This document shows, one piece after another, positions 1 to 8,126 of a stretch of DNA of 64,000 bases. The notes beneath the pieces are model-generated. The model saw only the letters and a list, made by a program, of their open reading frames with translations, was not told where the DNA came from and did no database searches. Numbering within the stretch: position 1 is the stretch's first letter; every line of letters begins with the position of its first letter. The DNA is taken from the NCBI GenBank assembly GCA_963833225.1, contig CAWHXD010000017.1:328955-392954 (forward strand), written 5' to 3'. Origin of the DNA: an uncultured Chloroflexia bacterium (GTDB lineage: Bacteria > Chloroflexota > Limnocylindria > Limnocylindrales > CSP1-4). Made by a program: the position numbers and the translations under genes.

Positions 1-918
1 GTCGGGGGTCTCGATCTCGACGTGGCGGCTGGGGAGATCTTCGGGCTGGTTGGCCCCAACGGCGCCGGCAAGACCACGACGCTGCGCATCCTGGCGACCC
101 TGCTCGTGCCCGACCAGGGCGACGCCGAGATCGCCGGTGCATCGGTCCGCCGGAATCCCAACGACGTGCGCCGCGTCCTCGGGTTCATGCCGGACAGCTT
201 CGGCGTGTACGACGACATGAAGGTCTGGGAGTACCTGGACTTCTTCGCCCGCTGTCACGGGATCCCCGCCGAGCGACGCCGGCGAATGATCGGCGACCTG
301 CTGGAGCTCGTCGATCTGGGTTCCAAGCGGGATGTCTACGTCCAGGCACTCTCGCGGGGCATGCAGCAGCGCCTGTGCCTGGCGCACGCGCTCGTGCACG
401 ACCCGCAGGTGCTCCTCCTCGACGAACCGGCGTCCGGGCTCGACCCGCGCGCGAGGGTCGAGCTCCGGGAGCTGCTCCGTGAGCTGCGGAACCTGGGCAA
501 GACCATCCTGATCTCTTCGCACATCCTCCCCGAGCTCGAGGAGCTGTGCAGCTCGGTCGCGATCATCGACTCCGGCCGGGTGCTCGCCCACGGCCGCGTC
601 GCCGAGATCGAGAAGCGGCTGCGCGTTGGCGCGGTGCTCCATGCCCGCGTCCTCGGCGAGCAGGAGGCACATGAAGCCGCCCGCACCTGGTTCGCCGGCC
701 AGCCGGACGTGGTGACGTCGGACGTGCTCGCCGACGGGACGATCGAGATCGGCTTCCACGGTGATGACGACGGCTCCGCCGCACTGCTCGCTCATGCGGT
801 CGGCGCAGGGCTGCGCGTCGCCGCGTTCTCCCGTGCGGCGAGCGATCTCGAGGAGCTGTTCCTCCAGGTCACCGCTGCGCCGACCACACCCCCGGAGGCA
901 CCCCGATGGCAGAGCTGA
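1..918 (+). CDS. ABC transporter ATP-binding protein (5' end probably outside window)
   Basis: Walker A GPNGAGKTT, signature LSRGMQQR, Walker B LLLDEP, H-loop SSH; frame is open from base 1. Confidence 0.95.
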   Translation, partial: VGGLDLDVAAGEIFGLVGPNGAGKTTTLRILATLLVPDQGDAEIAGASVRRNPNDVRRVLGFMPDSFGVYDDMKVWEYLDFFARCHGIPAERRRRMIGDLLELVDLGSKRDVYVQALSRGMQQRLCLAHALVHDPQVLLLDEPASGLDPRARVELRELLRELRNLGKTILISSHILPELEELCSSVAIIDSGRVLAHGRVAEIEKRLRVGAVLHARVLGEQEAHEAARTWFAGQPDVVTSDVLADGTIEIGFHGDDDGSAALLAHAVGAGLRVAAFSRAASDLEELFLQVTAAPTTPPEAPRWQS

Positions 919-1979
919 TGGGCCCGGCCGCGGCGCCCGTGCCGCCGGGCGCTCCGGGTCGCCGGTTCCGCGGGCTGCGCGAGGTCGGCTCCGGCATGGC
1001 CGCAGTCGGCGTCAAGGAGCTCCGGGGCCGGATGCGCGGAAAGCGCGCCTTCGTGATCCTCACCATCCACCTGCTGCTCGTGGCTGGCTTCGCGTGGATG
1101 ATCGAGTCGCTCGCCGAGCGCTCGTTTTCGAGTGGCTTCGGATCGGCGTTCTCCGCCTCGTCCGAGATCGGGCGCGGGATGTTCACCGCGATCATCTTCC
1201 TGCTCACGCTGATCACGCTGATCCTTGCTCCGGCGTCCACCGCCGGAGCGATCTCGCTCGAGCGCGAGAAGCAGACGCTGGATCTGCTGACCACCACGCC
1301 GATCTCGTCGCTGGCGATCGTGCTGGGCAAGCTCCTCTCCGCCCTGTCCTGGATCCTCCTGCTGCTCCTCGCTTCGATCCCCGTCGTTGCGCTCGTGTTC
1401 ACGTTCGGAGGCATCGCCCCCGACGACGTGCTGCGGGCGTACGTCGTGCTGCTGGGGACGGCGTTCGCGTACGGCGCCATCGGCCTGTTCGTGTCGGCGC
1501 TCGTCAAGCGCACCCAGGCCGCCACGGTGATCAACCTCGTGGCCGTCATCTTCCTGACCGCGGGCACCGGATTCCTGTTCATCTTCTGGGTCGCGATGAC
1601 GGGCAACTCCGGGTTCCTGCCCGATCAGGCCGTCCGCGACCGGAACCCGATCGAGGAGCTCACCAGGCACCCACCCGAGGCCCTGATGTGGTTCAACCCG
1701 TTCGTCGCCCAGGTGGACGTCCTGTGCGGCACGGAGACCGGCTTCGGCGGCACGTGTCAGGTCATCGCTGGGGTCACCAACCAGGAGGCCCTGGTCAACG
1801 GGGACGTGTCCGGCAACTTCGGCGCCATGCGCGACACGTACTGGCCGCGCAGCGTGGCGGCGATGCTGGTCGCCTCGGTGCTCCTGGTGATCCTGTCCGT
1901 CCAGCTCGTCTCGCCGACGCGGCGCTGGCGGATCCGCCGCGGTCGAACGCGGCGCCCTCCAGTCGGCGGTGATGCATGA
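906..1979 (+). CDS. ABC-2 type transporter permease
   Basis: Multiple TM segments; motifs KELRGRMRG and ISLEREKQTLDLLTTTP..IVLGKL; overlaps ATPase stop. Confidence 0.9.
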   Translation: MAELMGPAAAPVPPGAPGRRFRGLREVGSGMAAVGVKELRGRMRGKRAFVILTIHLLLVAGFAWMIESLAERSFSSGFGSAFSASSEIGRGMFTAIIFLLTLITLILAPASTAGAISLEREKQTLDLLTTTPISSLAIVLGKLLSALSWILLLLLASIPVVALVFTFGGIAPDDVLRAYVVLLGTAFAYGAIGLFVSALVKRTQAATVINLVAVIFLTAGTGFLFIFWVAMTGNSGFLPDQAVRDRNPIEELTRHPPEALMWFNPFVAQVDVLCGTETGFGGTCQVIAGVTNQEALVNGDVSGNFGAMRDTYWPRSVAAMLVASVLLVILSVQLVSPTRRWRIRRGRTRRPPVGGDA

Positions 1980-3943
1980 TGTCGCGCCTCCGTCCACCGC
2001 GCGCCTCCGCCCGCCGGGCCGCGCTGTCGTCGGCGACGATGTATGTCCCAGCGGACCCGGCCTCGCTCGGCATCTCGCTGGACCCCGTCCTGTCCGAGAT
2101 CCGGGCCGGTCTCGCTCCCCACCGGCGGCGGCTGTGGCTGCGGCGGGCCACGCGTCGCGCGTGGTCGGTGGCTGCCGCGGTCGCCGTGGCGGAGCTCGTC
2201 CTCGCCGTGGCGCAGCGCATGCTGCCGCTCGAGGGGGCTCCCCTGCTGGCGCTCGCACTCCCGGTCCTGGGGATGCTGGGCCTCCTTGGGCTGGTCGTTC
2301 GTGCCCGACCGTCGCTCGGGGAGACGGCGCTGGCCGTCGACGCCGAGGGGGGTTCTGGCGATGCCGTGGCGTCGTCGCTCGCCTTCGCCGTCCAGTTGCC
2401 GGCCACGGCAGGCCCTTCGGCGACGGCCAGTGACGGGCTGATCGCCGTGGATGGCGCCTTTGACATCACCGAAGCCGAAGCAAGGTTCGTGCGGCGGCAG
2501 CGCCGCGACGCCCTCGGCCGCCTGCGGCTCATCGATCCGGCGCTGTTCCGCCCGCGGTTGGCGCGCCGGCCCGCCCTGGTGGCGCTCGTTGCGGCGGCGC
2601 TGGTGGCGCCTGCCGTCCTGATCCCGAACCCGATGGACCAGGTCATCGCGCAGAACCAGCAGATCCGGCAGGAGGCGGAGCGCCAGGCGGAGCGCGTCGA
2701 CCAGATCGCGAAGACCCTCGAGAGCCGCGGCGCCGACCTCCAGGATCCGAGGACCCAGCTCGCAGAGCAATTGCGCGAGCTCGCTGAGCGGCTGCGCACC
2801 GACCCGGGCAGTCTCGAAGCGAACCTCGCCCGCCTCGGCGCCGTTGAGGACGGGGTCCGGGCGCAGCTGGACCCGTCCAACGAGCAACGCGCCGCCTCGA
2901 TCGCCGCGCTCTCCCGCTCGCTGTCGCGGGCGGCGACGGGCAACGCACAGGCGAACCCGGCCGGTGACCCGAAGGAGACCCAGAAGGACGTCAGCGCGCT
3001 CGGCGACAAGGTCGACGGGATGACCCAGGATGAGCGCGACGCGCTCGCCCGCCAGCTGGCGGAGCTCCAGGGGCAGGCCAGCCAGGCAGACGGAGCGGCG
3101 GGCCAGGCTCTTCGTGACGCCGTGGCCAGCCTCACGCAGGGTGACAGCGAGGGTGCCAAGGCCGCGCTGGACCGCCTGGGTGACGCGCTCGCGGGTGCGA
3201 ACGACCGGGTGCAGACCAACCGCGATCTGGCATCCGCCGCGTCCGAACTCCAGGACGCGCGGCGAGACCTCGCCAATGCCGGCGGCCAGCAGGGCGGCCA
3301 ACAGGGTCAGACCGGCCAGCAGGGCACTGGGCAGCAGGGCAACGGCCAGCAGGGCAGCCCCAATCCGTCAGCCTCCAGCAGCGGCCAGGGCAGCGGCGGC
3401 AGCCCGAACCCGTCCGCGTCGGGACAGGGGCAGGGCCAGGGCCAGGGGCAAGGCCAGGGCCAGGGGCAAGGCCAGGGTCAGGGGCAAGGCCAGGGTCAGG
3501 GCCAGGGTCAGGGGCAAGGCCAGGGTCAGGGCCAGGGTCAGGGGCAAGGCCAGGGTCAGGGCTCCGGCGGCTCACTCGGCGGCGGCGGCTCGAACGCGTC
3601 CCACCTCGGCACCGGAACCTCGTCCGGCGGGCCGCCCCCTGGTCCCACGAACCCCAACCGGCCGAGCGAGCTCGGCGGAGACCTCGGCTCGGTCTTCGCC
3701 CCGTTCGACCGCCTCGGCCGACCGGGCGATCCGTCCTATGTCGCGGGCTCCGGTGGTGACGGCCAGACGCAGCAGGGCAGCCAGCAGGGACAGGGCAGCA
3801 ACAACGGATCCTACGTCCCCTATGCCGATGTCTACGGGGACTTCTACAGCTACGCGCTCACGACCCTCGACCGCTCGTACGTCCCCATCTCGGTGAAGGA
3901 CTACGTGCGCGACTACTTCAGCTCGCTCGACCCCGGTCGCTGA
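1976..3943 (+). CDS. Membrane-anchored coiled-coil protein with (GQ)n linker (MoxR/vWA operon accessory)
   Basis: N-terminal TM helices, helical middle, Gly/Gln low-complexity region, C-terminal VPISVKDYVRDYF motif; ATGA overlap with permease. Confidence 0.8.
   Translation: MMSRLRPPRASARRAALSSATMYVPADPASLGISLDPVLSEIRAGLAPHRRRLWLRRATRRAWSVAAAVAVAELVLAVAQRMLPLEGAPLLALALPVLGMLGLLGLVVRARPSLGETALAVDAEGGSGDAVASSLAFAVQLPATAGPSATASDGLIAVDGAFDITEAEARFVRRQRRDALGRLRLIDPALFRPRLARRPALVALVAAALVAPAVLIPNPMDQVIAQNQQIRQEAERQAERVDQIAKTLESRGADLQDPRTQLAEQLRELAERLRTDPGSLEANLARLGAVEDGVRAQLDPSNEQRAASIAALSRSLSRAATGNAQANPAGDPKETQKDVSALGDKVDGMTQDERDALARQLAELQGQASQADGAAGQALRDAVASLTQGDSEGAKAALDRLGDALAGANDRVQTNRDLASAASELQDARRDLANAGGQQGGQQGQTGQQGTGQQGNGQQGSPNPSASSSGQGSGGSPNPSASGQGQGQGQGQGQGQGQGQGQGQGQGQGQGQGQGQGQGQGQGQGQGQGSGGSLGGGGSNASHLGTGTSSGGPPPGPTNPNRPSELGGDLGSVFAPFDRLGRPGDPSYVAGSGGDGQTQQGSQQGQGSNNGSYVPYADVYGDFYSYALTTLDRSYVPISVKDYVRDYFSSLDPGR
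3422..3559 (+). repeat. Coding hexanucleotide tandem repeat GGNCAR encoding (GQ)23
   Basis: 138 nt of GGN-CAR units with higher-order 18/24-nt patterning. Confidence 0.95.
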
Positions 3944-3978
3944 TCCGGTTCGAGCGCGCCGACCCAACCGGAGGACCC

Positions 3979-5010
3979 ATGGACGCTTCCGCCGCCCCGG
4001 CCGGATCTCCCGCACCGGCCGAACCGCACCGCATCGCCCCTGAGGCGTTCGCCGAGCGCACACGGGCGATCGAGGCCGAGATCGGCAAGGTGATCGTCGG
4101 CCAGCGGGAGCTGGTCCGGCACACGCTGGTCGGCCTGCTGGCCAACAGCCACGTCCTGCTCGAGGGCGTGCCCGGCCTCGGGAAGACGATGCTCGTCCGG
4201 ACGATCGCGGACGTCATCGACTGCTCCTTCAACCGCGTCCAGTTCACCCCGGACCTGATGCCCGCGGACATCACCGGCACCAACATCCTGATCGAGGAGG
4301 GCGGCGCCCGGGTCTTCCGCTTCCAGCCAGGCCCGATCTTCGCGAACCTCGTCCTCGCCGACGAGATCAACCGGGCCACGCCAAAGACGCAGTCAAGCCT
4401 GCTGGAGGCGATGCAGGAGCACCAGGTCACCGTCGCCCGCAACCGCTACCCGCTCGACCCGCCCTTCTTCGTGCTCGCGACCCAGAACCCGCTGGAGATG
4501 GAGGGCACCTATCCGCTGCCGGAGGCGCAGCTCGACCGGTTCCTGCTCAAGGTCATGGTCCCGTTCCCGTCCGAGGAGGACCTGATCGCGATTATTGACC
4601 GCACGACCGGGGCTGATGCCCCGCAGGCGAAGCCCGTGGCCACAGCCGCGGAGATTGTCGAGATGCAGCGCCTCGCGCGGGCGGTGCCCATCGCCCCGCA
4701 CATCACCGCGTACGCGGTCTCGGTGCTCGCAGCCACGCACCCGGACAATCGACGGGCGCCATCGCTGGCGCGCCAGTACGTGCGCTACGGGGGCTCGCCG
4801 CGTGGAGCCCAGGCGCTGGTCACCGCGGGCAAGATCCTGGCCCTCATGGACGGCCGGTTCAACGTCTCGGTGGACGACGTCCGTGCCGCGGCGATGCCGG
4901 CCCTCCGTCACCGGGTGATCCTCAACTTCGAGGGCGAGGCCGAGGGCATCACCACGGAAGCCGTGGTGCGCTCGATCCTCGACGAGGTGGCGCCGCCCTC
5001 GGTCGAGTAG
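3979..5010 (+). CDS. moxR: MoxR family AAA+ ATPase
   Basis: LLEGVPGLGKT, RVQFTPDLMPADITG, LADEINRATPKTQSSLLEAMQE, ATQNPLEMEGTYPLPEAQLDRF; GGAGG RBS. Confidence 0.97.
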   Translation: MDASAAPAGSPAPAEPHRIAPEAFAERTRAIEAEIGKVIVGQRELVRHTLVGLLANSHVLLEGVPGLGKTMLVRTIADVIDCSFNRVQFTPDLMPADITGTNILIEEGGARVFRFQPGPIFANLVLADEINRATPKTQSSLLEAMQEHQVTVARNRYPLDPPFFVLATQNPLEMEGTYPLPEAQLDRFLLKVMVPFPSEEDLIAIIDRTTGADAPQAKPVATAAEIVEMQRLARAVPIAPHITAYAVSVLAATHPDNRRAPSLARQYVRYGGSPRGAQALVTAGKILALMDGRFNVSVDDVRAAAMPALRHRVILNFEGEAEGITTEAVVRSILDEVAPPSVE

Positions 5011-5023
5011 GCGACGCCGCGAC

Positions 5024-6028
5024 ATGGCCATCTCCCCCACCCCGCCCCAGGAGCCGGGCGCAACCCCGGCTGGCGAGGACGTCCCAAAGGCCGCCGCGGA
5101 GGCACCCGGCAAGCCGATCGGGGTCCGCTCGTTCCTCCCCAACGAGCTCGATCCGACCGTCTTTGACGAGGGCTTCCTGCGCCAGCTGGAGCGGCTGGGC
5201 GTGCTGATGAAGCAGCCCGTCCGGGGCGGGCTCAAGGGTGGGCGCCGGAGCGTCAAGCGGGGGCAGAGCGTCGAGTTCGCCGACTACCGCGACTACAGCC
5301 TTGGCGACGACCTCCGCCAGCTCGACTGGAACGTGTACGCAAGGCTGGAGAAGCTGTTCGTCAAGCTGTTCGTCGAGGAGGAGGACGTGACGATCACGTT
5401 CCTGCTCGACGCCAGCCCGTCCATGACATACGGGCGCCCCCAGAAGCTGCTGTTCGCCAAGCGTGCCGCGGCCGCGCTCGGGTACATCGCCCTGGCCGGA
5501 GAGGATCGTGTGGTCACGACCGCGCTGGCGGGACGCACCGCCCGCCGGCACAGCGGTCTGCGCGGATCGGGGCGCATCTTCCGGCTCCTGGGCAACCTGT
5601 CCGGGATCCAGCCCTCGGCAGGCGCGACGGACCTGCTCGCCGCCGCGCGCCACGCGGCCGCCATGCTCTCGGGCCGTGGGGTGGTCGTGCTGCTCTCCGA
5701 CCTGCTGGATCCGTCCGCGGACCGGGTGATCCGCGAGCTGGCGGCGACCGGCTCGGAGCTCATCGTCCTGCACACCCTCTCACCCGAGGAGCTGGACCCG
5801 CCGCTCGAGGGCGACCTCAAGCTGGTGGACGCCGAGACGGGCGAGGGCATTGACATCACGGTCGACCTCGCCGCGCTCGACGACTACCGGGCGCGCCTGA
5901 CCGCCTGGCAGGAGGGCCTCGAGGATCTCGCCCGGAAGCGTCGCGCGTCCTACGTGCCGATCGCCACGGACACCCCGCTCGCCGACCTCGTGTTTGCCGA
6001 GCTCCGCCGACGGCGGGTGGTGGGCTGA
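5024..6028 (+). CDS. DUF58 domain protein
   Basis: GQSVEFADYRDYSLGDDLRQLDWNVYAR..LFVKLFVEE, DASPSM. Confidence 0.95.
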   Translation: MAISPTPPQEPGATPAGEDVPKAAAEAPGKPIGVRSFLPNELDPTVFDEGFLRQLERLGVLMKQPVRGGLKGGRRSVKRGQSVEFADYRDYSLGDDLRQLDWNVYARLEKLFVKLFVEEEDVTITFLLDASPSMTYGRPQKLLFAKRAAAALGYIALAGEDRVVTTALAGRTARRHSGLRGSGRIFRLLGNLSGIQPSAGATDLLAAARHAAAMLSGRGVVVLLSDLLDPSADRVIRELAATGSELIVLHTLSPEELDPPLEGDLKLVDAETGEGIDITVDLAALDDYRARLTAWQEGLEDLARKRRASYVPIATDTPLADLVFAELRRRRVVG

Positions 6029-6029
6029 C

Positions 6030-8126
6030 GTGAGCTTCATCACGCCGCTCGCGCTCGCAGGCCTGCTGTTCGTGCCCGTGGTTGTGGCCATGTACCTGCT
6101 CAAGCTCCGGCGGGACGAGGCCGTCGTGCCGTCGACCCTGCTCTGGCAGCGCCTGGTCGCGGACGTCGAGGCGAACGCCCCGTGGCAGAAGCTGCGCCGG
6201 AGCCTGCTGCTGCTGCTCCAGCTCCTGCTGGTGCTGATCCTGGCGTTCCTTGCCGCTCGCCCCTTCATCGAGCGCCCGGCGGGCCTGGCCGGCGACATCG
6301 TGCTGGTGATCGACACCTCGGCGTCGATGCAGGCAACCGACGTGTCGCCAAGCCGGCTCGATGCCGCCAAGGCGGCCGCGATCGACGCCCTGAAGGAGCT
6401 GCCCGCCGGCGGCAAGGTCAGCGTCATCGCCGCGGGGCGGACCGCGCGCGTCATCGCCAACGGCACGACCGACATGGGCAACGTCAAGCAGGCGATCGCA
6501 GCCATCGCCCCGACCTCGGACATCGGCGATCTGGGCGACGCCCTGCAGCTTGCCTCGGCACTGGCCGCGCGGTCCGGCGACGCGGAGATCCTGGTCGCGA
6601 CCGACGCTGCCCTCGCGACGGTCCCCTCGGGGACGCTGGAGGCGCCGGTCCGGGTCCTGCAGGTGGGCCGTGAAGCGAAGAACGAGGCGATCGTGGCGCT
6701 GGCCGTCCGGACGGCACCCAGCGGGCTGTCGCACTCGGCGTTCATCTCGGTGGCCAACCTGGGCCTCGAACCCGCGGAGCGGCGAGTCCAGCTGTACGCC
6801 GACGGCGTCCTGCGCGATTCGCGCTCGCTGTTGCTCGATCCACAGCGCAAGACCGACATCTCCATCGACGACATCGACGATCCCGACCACCCGGCGTCCG
6901 TGATCGAGGTCCGACTCCTCGCCAAGGACGAGACCTCCACGGCGGCCCCGGATCCCCTCGCTGTCGACGACCGCGCCTGGGCCATCGTCCCCCCGGCGCG
7001 GCTCCGCACGGTGCTCCTGGTGGGTGAGGGCGACCCCTACCTCGAGACGGCCCTCTCCTACCTGCCCGACACCGAGCTGTACGGGGTCGCCCCCGACGCC
7101 TATGGGCCGGGGACGAAGCCCGAGCTGTTCGACCTCATCATCTTCGAGGGCTTCCTGCCGGCTGAGCTGCCGGCCAAACCCATCCTCGCGATCGCTCCGC
7201 CGGCGTCATCGCCGCTGGGCAGCGTGACCGGCACGCTCACCAATCCGGGGATCGGCTCCCTCGATGCGACCGACCCGATCCTGCGCTATGTCGACCTCAC
7301 GACGACCCACGTCGGGGAGGCGGTGAAGCTGGACCTGCCCGCGTGGGCGCGGCCGGTCATTCCGGGACCTGGTGGGGCCCCACTGCTGTATGCGGGGCGC
7401 CTCGCCGGACGCCCCGCCGCCGTGCTCGCGTTCGAGCCACGTCGCTCGGACCTGCCCCTCCAGGTGGCGTTCCCGGTCCTGCTGGCCAACCTCGCCGGCG
7501 AGCTCCTCGGCGGCTCGGAGACACCAACCGATGCGATCGCCCCGGGGGCCCCGGTGACGCTCGCCATCCCGCAGGGCGCGACCGGCGTCCAGGTGGAGCG
7601 GCCGGACGGCTCCATTGACGAGCTCGTCGCGCCGACGGGCAGCACGGGCTCCGTGACCTTCGGGCGAACGGATCTCCTCGGCATCTACACGGTCACGCCG
7701 ATCTCGGGCCCGGGCACGACGCCGGGCACCTCGGCAGCTCCGATCGCGACCACCTCCCAGTCTGCTGGTGGGTCGCCCGCGGCCGGGTCGCCGGGCGCTT
7801 CGCCGACGTTCCGCCCGGCCGACCCCGGCGCTCCCGTCCGATTCGCGGTCAGCCTGCTAGACGTGGATGAGTCGCGAATCGCGCCCGGTGACGCGGCGAA
7901 GCTCCAGGCGATGGGTGCGCCGGTCGCGAGCCCCGGCACCGGCGGCGCCGCTCCCAGCGAGCCGCGGCCGAACGCCCGCGACGAGATCTGGATCCCGATC
8001 CTCCTGGTGGCCCTCACGGTGCTCACGATCGAATGGCTGGTCTACGAGCGAGACACGCTGGCCCGGCTCCGTCGGGGCATCTCGTCGCGGCTGCGCCGGG
8101 GCCGTCAGCCCACGCGGGGCGGCTGA
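6030..8126 (+). CDS. BatA N-terminal / vWA domain membrane protein
   Basis: GTG start after DUF58 stop; N-terminal double TM (SFITPLAL..LLW..LAARP), MIDAS DTSASM, C-terminal TM ..IEW. Confidence 0.9.
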   Translation: MSFITPLALAGLLFVPVVVAMYLLKLRRDEAVVPSTLLWQRLVADVEANAPWQKLRRSLLLLLQLLLVLILAFLAARPFIERPAGLAGDIVLVIDTSASMQATDVSPSRLDAAKAAAIDALKELPAGGKVSVIAAGRTARVIANGTTDMGNVKQAIAAIAPTSDIGDLGDALQLASALAARSGDAEILVATDAALATVPSGTLEAPVRVLQVGREAKNEAIVALAVRTAPSGLSHSAFISVANLGLEPAERRVQLYADGVLRDSRSLLLDPQRKTDISIDDIDDPDHPASVIEVRLLAKDETSTAAPDPLAVDDRAWAIVPPARLRTVLLVGEGDPYLETALSYLPDTELYGVAPDAYGPGTKPELFDLIIFEGFLPAELPAKPILAIAPPASSPLGSVTGTLTNPGIGSLDATDPILRYVDLTTTHVGEAVKLDLPAWARPVIPGPGGAPLLYAGRLAGRPAAVLAFEPRRSDLPLQVAFPVLLANLAGELLGGSETPTDAIAPGAPVTLAIPQGATGVQVERPDGSIDELVAPTGSTGSVTFGRTDLLGIYTVTPISGPGTTPGTSAAPIATTSQSAGGSPAAGSPGASPTFRPADPGAPVRFAVSLLDVDESRIAPGDAAKLQAMGAPVASPGTGGAAPSEPRPNARDEIWIPILLVALTVLTIEWLVYERDTLARLRRGISSRLRRGRQPTRGG